Of a stretch of DNA of 42,012 nt, positions 1 through 6,520 are shown in pieces. Made by a program: the position numbers and the translations under genes. The DNA is taken from positions 1 to 42,012 of IMG/VR virus record IMGVR_UViG_3300031539_000101, one strand, 5' to 3'. The notes under the pieces were generated by a model. That model made no database searches and was not told the DNA's origin. It saw nothing but the letters and a program-made list of their open reading frames with translations. This DNA is from a virus. Within the stretch, counting starts at the first letter, position 1. Each line of letters starts with the position of its first letter.

Positions 1-127
1 TCCTGCGCGTCTAGCTCGGCCCGCTCCCAGGCCAGCGCGTGATCGAGAATCGCTTGCTCGGATTCGGTCAGCGCAACGAGATGCCTGTGATCGCGCTCGA
101 TCGCGTACTCCTCGCGGCCATAGTGAT
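1..127. repeat. Terminal overlap: exact copy of 41886..42012 (circular assembly closure or terminal redundancy)
   Basis: Bases 1..127 are identical to 41886..42012 when read side by side. The unique length is therefore 41,885 bp. An ORF stays in frame across the join. Confidence 0.95.
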
Positions 128-200
128 GGTACACCTGCTTGCCGCCGATCTTTAGAGAATGGTGTCCAAAGAGTAGGACGGGCTTGTATTCGTGGTTCAT
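1..200 (-). CDS. Hypothetical His-rich protein, 5' part (78 aa in total; continues across the circular junction and stops at 41849)
   Basis: ATG at 200 is preceded by AAGGAGGCGTG. Translation MNHEYKPVLLFGHHSLKIGGKQVYHHYGREEYAIERDHRH... The ORF is 237 nt in frame when base 1 is joined to 41885. It is missing from the ORF track because the window ends split it. Confidence 0.6.
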   Translation of the reverse strand, partial: MNHEYKPVLLFGHHSLKIGGKQVYHHYGREEYAIERDHRHLVALTESEQAILDHALAWERAELDAQ

Positions 201-209
201 CACGCCTCC

Positions 210-395
210 TTACTTCACAAGCCGCACTTTCAACACGCGCTCGAACATCATCAGCGCCCGGCTCGTCGGCTTGTATACGCCACGCTCTAGGTTTGAGATG
301 GTGTCAACGTGGTAGTCCATCTTTGCCGCAAGTTCCGCCTGCGTCCATCCTTTCGCCTCACGCGCCGCTTTGAGTCGTTCTCCGATTGTAAGCAT
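210..395 (-). CDS. XRE/Cro-CI family helix-turn-helix transcriptional regulator
   Basis: 61 aa. RLKAAREAKGWTQAELAAKMDYHVDTISNLERG fits the classic XRE HTH pattern. GAGGAGG SD; the start overlaps the upstream stop. Confidence 0.85.
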   Translation of the reverse strand: MLTIGERLKAAREAKGWTQAELAAKMDYHVDTISNLERGVYKPTSRALMMFERVLKVRLVK

Positions 396-802
396 CAGCC
401 CCTCCTCTTCGGCAGTCTGTTCAGTGCCTGCTGTGCCAATATGACGATGCGCTCTGCCTGTTTACCGGCCTCCTTATAGTCCCTATCGGAGCGCGCAGAC
501 TCCCAAATGATGAATGGAGAATCGTCTGAACAGCACATCACCTCATCGTCTATCTTTCCCCATCGTGGAATAGGGCAACTCTTTTTGCAATGTTCATATC
601 CGTACGCAATATCGCGTTGACCCTTGTATTCACAGCATGGGCAATCGGCAAACATCTTTGGCACATCCCCTCCATGGATTTCCAAACGAGGCCAATCCTC
701 TTTACCCTTCGTCGGATTCTTGGCCAGCCACTTCCACCATTCGATACAGATCGACAGTGCATCCCGCTTCGTCAGCTTTAACCATCTCTTCGGAACGTGC
801 AT
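395..802 (-). CDS. Hypothetical Cys/Trp-rich protein
   Basis: About 135 aa with CPCCEY...HCKKSCP. ATG at 802 (GTG at 805 in the track) overlaps the stop of the upstream small ORF. Confidence 0.65.
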   Translation of the reverse strand: MHVPKRWLKLTKRDALSICIEWWKWLAKNPTKGKEDWPRLEIHGGDVPKMFADCPCCEYKGQRDIAYGYEHCKKSCPIPRWGKIDDEVMCCSDDSPFIIWESARSDRDYKEAGKQAERIVILAQQALNRLPKRRG

Positions 803-969
803 CACTCCTCATCCTCCTCGAACTCGTATGGCATCACGCCTAGTTCGTCTTCAAGCTCCTCGATCTCTGCGATCGCCTGATGTTCTGTCTTGGCGTCGCC
901 GTCCTCCTGCGCAAGCTCGGCCAGTTGTTCAAGCCGCTCGATCTTGGTGACTAGCTCGCGGCGGGTCAT
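802..969 (-). CDS. Hypothetical highly acidic 55-aa protein
   Basis: Below the ORF-track cutoff. MTRRELVTKIERLEQLAELAQEDGDAKTEHQAIAEIEELEDELGVMPYEFEEDEE. ATGA overlap with the upstream stop (966..969) and TGATG overlap with the downstream start. Confidence 0.55.
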   Translation of the reverse strand: MTRRELVTKIERLEQLAELAQEDGDAKTEHQAIAEIEELEDELGVMPYEFEEDEE

Positions 970-992
970 AGTTCGCCTCGGGCTTTGGCGAG
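943..992. repeat. 50-bp gene-junction repeat, copy 1 (partner 1585..1634, 47/50 identical)
   Basis: cttggtgactagctcgcggcgggtcatagttcgcctcgggctttggcgag. On the minus strand it encodes ..AKARGEL stop, an ATGA overlap, then MTRRELVTK. Confidence 0.9.
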
Positions 993-1283
993 TTTATCCG
1001 CCGCATGTGTTAGTTGATTTCCAGTGACAAGGAATAATCCATGGTATACTCCATCTTCACACGTGCTCCCCCCATAGGGCGCAGAGGACTCAAGCAAGAT
1101 TTCCAGCGCCTCATACATCTCTACCACACCAAGTTCTTCCAGAATGGCGATCATCCCCTGCCAATTGCGGAGATACTCTTCTGCGACAACGGCCTCATTG
1201 AAGATCCCAACTTCAATTCCCTTCTTCATCGCTCGTTCAAGAAGCTGCAACTGCAACCCTTCAGTCCACTTCGCTTCGTTCAT
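966..1283 (-). CDS. Hypothetical small early protein (EMYEALE motif)
   Basis: 105 aa; GGGAGG SD. Its first 5 residues (MNEAK) and last 6 (AKARGE-) are shared with the disrupted gene at 1608..1825. Confidence 0.7.
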   Translation of the reverse strand: MNEAKWTEGLQLQLLERAMKKGIEVGIFNEAVVAEEYLRNWQGMIAILEELGVVEMYEALEILLESSAPYGGSTCEDGVYHGLFLVTGNQLTHAADKLAKARGEL

Positions 1284-1369
1284 CGCTGCCTCCCTAGTAT
1301 CCGCCCAACTTTGCCGCCAGTAGCCCGCCGCTTAATCCTCCCGCGCTTGCTCCCGTGCTGTGCTTTCAT
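1280..1369 (-). CDS. Candidate 29-aa very basic peptide
   Basis: MKAQHGSKRGRIKRRATGGKVGRILGRQR. AAGGAGG lies 7 nt upstream. ATGA overlaps occur at both ends (1366..1369 and 1280..1283). Confidence 0.4.
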   Translation of the reverse strand: MKAQHGSKRGRIKRRATGGKVGRILGRQR

Positions 1370-1611
1370 CGTCTGGCCTCCTTGAGCGCTGCCTCTTTCG
1401 CATGTCTTAAATAGCTATGACTCTCGACAGACGCCCCATCTACAACAACGTGCCACATATCCTGCTCCCATTCAGGCTTCCAGATGGATAGGATGTGAAT
1501 ACTTCGTGGCAATGGAACCCCGCTAACCTGATAATGGCCAGGGCAGATCCGGTGTATCTTTGGTTCTGTTGTCATCGTCGCCTCCTTGGTGACTAGCTCG
1601 CGGCGGGTCAT
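1366..1611 (-). CDS. Hypothetical small protein
   Basis: 81 aa from the MTRRELVTK start at 1611 (same 9 N-terminal residues as 802..969). Alternatively 69 aa from MTTEPK at 1575, which has the stronger SD (AAGGAGG). The longer track ORF (to 1680) has no SD. Confidence 0.65.
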   Translation of the reverse strand: MTRRELVTKEATMTTEPKIHRICPGHYQVSGVPLPRSIHILSIWKPEWEQDMWHVVVDGASVESHSYLRHAKEAALKEARR

Positions 1612-1634
1612 GATTCGCCTCGGGCTTTGGCAAG
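1585..1634. repeat. 50-bp gene-junction repeat, copy 2 (partner 943..992)
   Basis: cttggtgactagctcgcggcgggtcatgattcgcctcgggctttggcaag; 3 mismatches to copy 1. Confidence 0.9.
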
Positions 1635-1825
1635 GGCGGCACGGAATGCGATGAAATCTTCCCGTGGCACAGCAACCCATTCGCCCTCAAACTCAGGGCT
1701 ATCGTGGATGATCACATTGCGTTTGAACTGCCCTTTCTCGTACATCTCCGGTGCGGCGGTGATGAGATGGGCATTGGCGGCATTTTCATAATAGGCGCGC
1801 TCTTCGTAAACTTCGCTTCGTTCAT
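1608..1825 (-). pseudogene. Small early gene whose start codon is out of frame with its body (frameshift, sequencing error or recoding)
   Basis: ATG at 1825 (MNEAK, ATGA-coupled to the upstream ORF) opens a 37-codon frame of low-quality sequence ending at 1712. The protein-like frame (..EVYEERAYYENAANAHLITAAPEMYEKGQFKRNVIIHDSPEFEGEWVAVPREDFIAFRAALAKARGES) is open across 1608..1829 but has no start before the ATG at 1745. Confidence 0.45.
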
Positions 1826-1992
1826 CTTGCTACCTCCTTGTCGTGCACCCTTCGGCGCGCGCGTTCCGCCTGTAGCTCTCTCACGACTTCCAGCACGGCG
1901 AGTCTGTCTGGATGCTTGAATCCGAGATCTCGCGTCATGGCGGCTAAGTGCCTCGATTCGTCGTTGATCTGCTCTTGGATTGTTCTGCTCAT
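1822..1992 (-). CDS. Hypothetical 56-aa protein
   Basis: MSRTIQEQINDESRHLAAMTRDLGFKHPDRLAVLEVVRELQAERARRRVHDKEVAR. AAGGAGG SD 8 nt upstream; its stop overlaps the next ATG (ATGA). Confidence 0.55.
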   Translation of the reverse strand: MSRTIQEQINDESRHLAAMTRDLGFKHPDRLAVLEVVRELQAERARRRVHDKEVAR

Positions 1993-2005
1993 CTTGGTCG
2001 CCTCC

Positions 2006-2323
2006 TTAGCTAGATGATTCTAGCGTTCTTCTCACGCTTGACTTCGTGCGCCGCGCTTCCTTATCCATCTCGTCGAATATCGCAGAGAGGTGCGGATATT
2101 CTGATGCTGGATGAACAACGATGTCTGATACCGTTCTACGATAGCGCCACCCCCGTGTCGGTTTGCCTTTGCACATTGTGCCGCCGAGCAAGCCGTGAGC
2201 AATGGTTGTATCGCTAATCAGCTGTCCGCATTGGCTGCACAGGCCGATTCTTGATACTTCAAGCAGGCCGCCATGCTTCTCCAGATTCCGCTTGCGCCTT
2301 GCTATCAACTCCGCGCTTGTCAT
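2006..2323 (-). CDS. Hypothetical protein with a CxxC motif; first gene after the terminator/promoter gap
   Basis: 105 aa from MTSAELIARRKR. AAGGAGG SD lies in front of the ATG at 2323. The upstream extension in the track (to 2401) has no SD. Confidence 0.7.
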   Translation of the reverse strand: MTSAELIARRKRNLEKHGGLLEVSRIGLCSQCGQLISDTTIAHGLLGGTMCKGKPTRGWRYRRTVSDIVVHPASEYPHLSAIFDEMDKEARRTKSSVRRTLESSS

Positions 2324-2350
2324 GCTTGCCTCCTTGGTTTCCATAGTCCA

Positions 2351-2379
2351 ATCATAACGGAAAAGTTCCGGCTTGCCTA
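2351..2379 (-). promoter_or_regulatory. Candidate sigma70-type promoter for the small-gene operon
   Basis: Minus strand reads TAGGCA-17 nt-TATGAT. It lies about 28 nt upstream of the ATG at 2323 and just downstream of the terminator. Confidence 0.35.
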
Positions 2380-2402
2380 GGGGTTTAGGACATTTGTCCA
2401 AT

Positions 2403-2436
2403 CAAAGAGAAACGGGGCGCAGTCTCCCACGCCCCG
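2403..2436 (-). terminator. Rho-independent terminator closing the structural/accessory operon
   Basis: Minus strand reads CGGGGCG-10 nt loop-CGCCCCG followed by TTTCTCTTTG. It sits in one of the few intergenic gaps. Confidence 0.7.
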
Positions 2437-2466
2437 CCCCACAAGTGCGCCTCCGGCCTAGGAGGT

Positions 2467-2553
2467 TTAGATGCTTCCAGTAATGAGCAAGCTCGCCAGC
2501 AAGCACGCCACGAACCCAGCTAGGATGTACCACAGTCCTTCAAACCAGTTCAT
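2467..2553 (-). CDS. Candidate 28-aa single-pass membrane peptide
   Basis: MNWFEGLWYILAGFVACLLASLLITGSI. ATGA overlap with the stop of the upstream lipoprotein gene; weak SD. Confidence 0.35.
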   Translation of the reverse strand: MNWFEGLWYILAGFVACLLASLLITGSI

Positions 2554-3386
2554 GGGCACACCGCCGATGCTGTCTGAACGGCCCCGCACCCGATGTACGG
2601 ATTCGCGGGAATCGTCTGGATGTCCAGCGTAGTCGCGCCTTGCTCATCTTCCCACTTAGTTGTGATAACGACTTCAGTCCCAGGGCGTGTGTCTGTCGGC
2701 CAGAATGGGCCACAGGTAACCGACGCGTGAGGATAGTCGTCTATGTTGCTTTGAGACGGCGGCGCATACGGAAGCCCAGATATGGGTTCGATGTACACAC
2801 CCCATCCTTGGATGAACATAAAGGCATTGTAGATCATCTCACCAGTGCTCAGCCGGACGTGATACTCATCAGGCTTCGGTGGTTGTGCTCCAGTGAATGG
2901 AGGACAGAACACGGCCAGCTTGCCATAGATCCCCCACTTAACGGTCGCCGATATCAGCTTGATCGGCCCTCCTTGCGGATCGTATGCGTAAGGATAGGTG
3001 ACGATATACCTTTCCTTCGCATGTAGAGTCCATAGGTTCGTGATGAAGTTGAGAACCAAGCGCCCAGGGACAGGACCAGTGTTCTTCAGCCAGATTGTCT
3101 CGGTCGCTGTCTGTGTATCGCTTCCGCTAATCCAGACAACAGTGACCTCGCATGGCAGATAGTTGATTGTTACCGTCAACGAGTTGCCCGTCTGCGTATA
3201 CGTCTTGCCTTCAATCGTGAAAGTGAATTGTCCGCCTATTACACCCGAGGCAACCACAGTCACAGTTGCAGGTGGATAAGCTGAATCTGGAACGCGTAAG
3301 GTTAGCTTGCCTACATCATTCGTCGGGAAACACCCGGCCAATAAGCCAAGTGAAAGGATTAGGAAAATCAGAAGTATTCGTTTCAT
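2550..3386 (-). CDS. Predicted lipoprotein, function unknown
   Basis: 278 aa. MKRILLIFLILSLGLLAGC is a signal peptide with a lipobox (LAGC). GAGGAGG SD. The mature part has a beta-rich composition. Confidence 0.8.
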   Translation of the reverse strand: MKRILLIFLILSLGLLAGCFPTNDVGKLTLRVPDSAYPPATVTVVASGVIGGQFTFTIEGKTYTQTGNSLTVTINYLPCEVTVVWISGSDTQTATETIWLKNTGPVPGRLVLNFITNLWTLHAKERYIVTYPYAYDPQGGPIKLISATVKWGIYGKLAVFCPPFTGAQPPKPDEYHVRLSTGEMIYNAFMFIQGWGVYIEPISGLPYAPPSQSNIDDYPHASVTCGPFWPTDTRPGTEVVITTKWEDEQGATTLDIQTIPANPYIGCGAVQTASAVCP

Positions 3387-3395
3387 TAGTCCTCC

Positions 3396-3791
3396 TCAGT
3401 GCTCAATGTGCCATAGCCCATCGGGCGGCACGGTATAGGGCGTTGATGCTCCGTCGTCATCGAACGCTGTTATGGATAGCGTGTACCACCCAGAGCCAGG
3501 AAATTGATAACGGACCACCTCTGATCTCTCTAGCCGATCAGCGTCGTTTCCAACTCGGAACGTCTCCCCGTTGACGCGAATGATCCATGCAACAATCTCG
3601 CCGTCTGGATCGTACCCGGTCCCATAGATGTCCCGCTCATATGGCGCGTGTTGTTCCACGCCGTTTGGTGAATGAAGCCCGCCGAATGCGACGACAGGTG
3701 GCTCGTTATTGAGTTCTGCAATAGGTGAGAGTGGACCGACACATCCGGTCAAGCTGAGCGATAAGATCAAAAGCAAAAGGATTCGTTTCAT
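3396..3791 (-). CDS. Predicted lipoprotein with a PKD/Ig-like domain
   Basis: 131 aa from MKRILLLLILSLSLTGC (lipobox LTGC). GGGAGG SD at the 3791 start. YDPDGEIVAW...GWYTLSITAFDDDG resembles PKD repeats. Confidence 0.75.
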   Translation of the reverse strand: MKRILLLLILSLSLTGCVGPLSPIAELNNEPPVVAFGGLHSPNGVEQHAPYERDIYGTGYDPDGEIVAWIIRVNGETFRVGNDADRLERSEVVRYQFPGSGWYTLSITAFDDDGASTPYTVPPDGLWHIEH

Positions 3792-3887
3792 TTTCGCACC
3801 TCCCAGTACGAGAATGCAGCGCGGGAGCGGCTCTCGTTCCACCCCCGCGACTGCGCAAGGAGGCAGTCGTGATGAACGACTACCGAT

Positions 3888-4400
3888 TTACAGGTCGATA
3901 TTGAAATCAACGCGCATGCCCAGCGTAGGACTGAATGCCTTCGTCGAAGTTATGCCTGACCATTCCGCCCCGCCCCACAACGTCAACGGGCCAACGTACC
4001 CTTCTAACATGAAACCAGTCGTGCTATTTCCAAGCACCACGTAGCTTATAGGATAATTAGATCTATACCCTGCTCCCTGGTAGAAGGCGAATGAACACCC
4101 ATAATTAATCCCGCCGGTTTCGTTCACGGTTGCGTATTGGTCGAACCAGATAGAGGCTTCAAAGTTGAGATCAAATTCCCGGCTGTATGCGAAGATGTCA
4201 TCCTTGACGTAGTTGAATCCAAGGTCCATTGCCCATGCGTCCCACAGATCTCCCTCAAGAGTAACACCAGCTTCCAGAGTGGGCTGCGCTGTGATACCTA
4301 CGTTCTCGATCTCGAAATACGGATTGATTCCTGGCCCTGCAAAAGCGACCGCCGATAAGACTGCCAACATCAAAAGCGATAGTACCAATGCTCGTTTCAT
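3888..4400 (-). CDS. Secreted small beta-barrel, outer-membrane-protein-like
   Basis: 170 aa from MKRALVLSLLMLAVLSAVAFA (signal peptide). AAGGAGA SD. The mature part has alternating hydrophobic/polar strands (MDLGFNYV, FDLNFEASIWF, INYGCSFAFY, LTLWGGAEW, LGMRVDFNIDL). Confidence 0.6.
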   Translation of the reverse strand: MKRALVLSLLMLAVLSAVAFAGPGINPYFEIENVGITAQPTLEAGVTLEGDLWDAWAMDLGFNYVKDDIFAYSREFDLNFEASIWFDQYATVNETGGINYGCSFAFYQGAGYRSNYPISYVVLGNSTTGFMLEGYVGPLTLWGGAEWSGITSTKAFSPTLGMRVDFNIDL

Positions 4401-4413
4401 GTTCGTTTTCTCC

Positions 4414-4668
4414 TTAGATTCCAACTGTGGGATCTTTCAACAGATCCTCAACGAAGGCATCCACCTTGCGCCATGCGACTGCAAACGCTGCTTGCCAATC
4501 CGGGCCGGCAGTCTCGAAGAGCTTCCGCAAATGCGGACGCACGTCGTCTGCCAACTTGTTCGGATCAACCTTAGCAAGCAACTCCACTGCCAGCTTTGCA
4601 CCTTGTTTTCGCACAAGAGAGACCACAACAGCCAATCCCTGTGCCTTGATCCAATTCCAGATGAACAT
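4414..4668 (-). CDS. Hypothetical protein with a hydrophobic N-terminus (holin/anchor candidate)
   Basis: 84 aa from MFIWNWIKAQGLAVVVSLV; GAGGAGG SD 6 nt upstream of the ATG at 4668. Confidence 0.65.
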   Translation of the reverse strand: MFIWNWIKAQGLAVVVSLVRKQGAKLAVELLAKVDPNKLADDVRPHLRKLFETAGPDWQAAFAVAWRKVDAFVEDLLKDPTVGI

Positions 4669-4701
4669 AGGAACCTCCTCGCTCCGCAATTAAACCCCAT
4701 A

Positions 4702-4965
4702 CTACGGCTCTTTGTCAAGCCCATCGAACCCGTCTCTGATCTGATCCTCTACTCTTCGGCCACGATTCTTGGACTCCTTCACGAGCTTATAGATTGTCTC
4801 TACGTCAAGCGCGCTCATGCCATTTGACTTTGCCGTAACCACAGTGAGCGCCGTGATTGCCTCACGCAGTTTCTTCAGTTCCGGCCCGGTTTTCAGCATG
4901 AAGTATGTTGCCGCGAATACTGGGAACCCCACCTGTCCGATGAAATCTCCGATTGTCTCCCACAC
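4702..4965 (-). CDS. YvrJ-like small membrane protein (holin candidate)
   Basis: 87 aa with a GTG start. IGQVGFPVFAATYFMLKTGPELKKLREAITALTVV resembles the YvrJ family pattern (xGNxGFPIxVxxYLLxRxExKLxxLxxxIxxLT) as I recall it. Confidence 0.6.
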   Translation of the reverse strand: MWETIGDFIGQVGFPVFAATYFMLKTGPELKKLREAITALTVVTAKSNGMSALDVETIYKLVKESKNRGRRVEDQIRDGFDGLDKEP

Positions 4966-4974
4966 ACTAACCCC

Positions 4975-6039
4975 TTAATATCCAGCAGATTTCAATCCCG
5001 GCGACACAGCAATCCCACGCCATTCCGAATTGACATATGGCTGCCATGTCCATTGTTCCGTCCCGCTTGAATTGTTCTTGCGAATGACTGCATTGACTGA
5101 GCCAAACGCGCCATGAGTTGAGTAGACATTCCCGAACGCATCGACTGCCACGCCACGTGATGTTCCCGCAGGTTGATCCAGCCATCCCCCTGTCCCAGTT
5201 GCTAGAACAAACTTGCCAACGTCGCCCTGTGAGCCGTTGACGTAATACCCGTAGCTTCCATCTGCTGCGACCGAGTAGATTTCTCCCCCCTTGTCTTGGT
5301 CCCAATACACGTATCCTGCTGTCGAGATCTTGCGGATATGGCCGCCGTTGTCTCCGATATAGAGTGATGGAGTTCCTTCGTCAATAGCGATCGAGAAGAG
5401 GTTTACCCCAGCATCATAGAACACACCAGTATAGTTTCCATTAACTGTCTGGAAACGCATGACTCTTCCGGCTGCGCCAATTCCGTAGGCAGCGTAGAGC
5501 AAGTTGTTGTTGACATCCATCGCAAGGCCGAACGCTGTTCCGACATAGGGCGTCTTCGTCCACACCAATCCGGCAATCGTTGTTCCATCAATGAGGCACT
5601 TCACTGTTCCGCCCGCGTCTCCTGTGTAGAGGTAGGTCGCCCCGCCACGATTCTCAAGACAGATCGAAACAACAGGAACCGTGTGCCCTGAGTAGGTCCA
5701 TTGCAACGTACCGGCAAGGTTGTACTTGTAGACTTTGTTGGCACATGCCCAGTACGAATTCCCAGACGCATCACAAGCCACAGCGGCAGGATTCGCAATC
5801 GTCCCGCCATACACCGGCCAGCCGGCGAGATTCGTATACTGGTCGTCTATCCCATAGAGGCGGTCAGAAGCTTGCTCACACGCCCAGATGTACTTGTCAC
5901 CAACTGGAATCTGCTTGATCGCGCCGTCGATGCTTGGAGCGTTAATCGTGCCTATCTTTATGACGTCGCCAATCTGAGTGTACTCGCCCACAATCTGCTT
6001 GATGACCCCGCCAATCTGAGTGTACTTTCCAAGTGCCAT
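4975..6039 (-). CDS. Beta-propeller-like tail fibre tip / receptor-binding protein candidate
   Basis: 354 aa. It has 6-7 repeats of about 40-45 aa of the type G..Y....G.v.k....G...W (e.g. DASGNSYWACANKVYKYNLAGTLQWTY; DAFGNVYSTHGAFGSVNAVIRKNNSSGTEQWTW). It is the last gene of the tail module. The N-terminus holds a 14-aa duplication (18-bp exact DNA repeat at 5967..5984 and 6009..6026). Confidence 0.55.
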   Translation of the reverse strand: MALGKYTQIGGVIKQIVGEYTQIGDVIKIGTINAPSIDGAIKQIPVGDKYIWACEQASDRLYGIDDQYTNLAGWPVYGGTIANPAAVACDASGNSYWACANKVYKYNLAGTLQWTYSGHTVPVVSICLENRGGATYLYTGDAGGTVKCLIDGTTIAGLVWTKTPYVGTAFGLAMDVNNNLLYAAYGIGAAGRVMRFQTVNGNYTGVFYDAGVNLFSIAIDEGTPSLYIGDNGGHIRKISTAGYVYWDQDKGGEIYSVAADGSYGYYVNGSQGDVGKFVLATGTGGWLDQPAGTSRGVAVDAFGNVYSTHGAFGSVNAVIRKNNSSGTEQWTWQPYVNSEWRGIAVSPGLKSAGY

Positions 6040-6512
6040 TATGCCTCGTACACGAAAGCTATCTCGCCGTTTTGAATCTGCCCCGCAGTTGGAACGGTAG
6101 TTCGCAGTACGATATTCCGCAGCATCGGTGTCGTGTAGCTCGTGTCAGGAAAGCGTCCGATCAATGCGCCCGTCATCGTGTCGCCAGCCTTGGCTACCTT
6201 GGAAGTGCCGAGCCCAGATACCGCCGTTGTCAGTACACCGTCAGCCGCTACTCGCAATCCAGCCTCAGCCGTCACGTTCAACTTGAGGGCAATGTCTTCC
6301 TCTGCTGCGGGCGCGACCACCTTTGCCCGCCCTGCTGCATCACGAATGATGATCTTGCTCGCCGTCGCCGCCGATACCGCGCCGTGGATTCCAGTTGTCA
6401 AGTCGGCATGTTCCTCTTTTAGGTACAAGAGGTTTGCGCCGATCTCGTTCAAGTCGCTATATGCCACCCCGTCAGCTGACACGTAATCTATCTTTGGTGC
6501 TGTCCAAGCCAT
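6039..6512 (-). CDS. Tail fibre protein (short)
   Basis: 157 aa. The N-terminal WTAPKIDYVSADGVAYSDLNEIGANLLYLKE and the internal KAGDTMTGAL are motifs typical of prophage tail-fibre proteins. Confidence 0.6.
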   Translation of the reverse strand: MAWTAPKIDYVSADGVAYSDLNEIGANLLYLKEEHADLTTGIHGAVSAATASKIIIRDAAGRAKVVAPAAEEDIALKLNVTAEAGLRVAADGVLTTAVSGLGTSKVAKAGDTMTGALIGRFPDTSYTTPMLRNIVLRTTVPTAGQIQNGEIAFVYEA

Positions 6513-6520
6513 GATTCCTC

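Noticed and set aside
1-127. The 127-bp identical ends as a genuine direct terminal repeat of the virion DNA
   Set aside because: The repeat cuts through the middle of a small ORF. Its length is typical of an assembler k-mer overlap. The sequence alone cannot exclude a true terminal repeat, so it is reported as assembly closure pending read-terminus analysis.
210-395. The XRE HTH as a CI-type lysogeny repressor indicating a temperate phage
   Set aside because: There is no integrase, excisionase or divergently transcribed partner. The gene is co-directional and translationally coupled within a string of small genes. An XRE fold alone does not indicate lysogeny.
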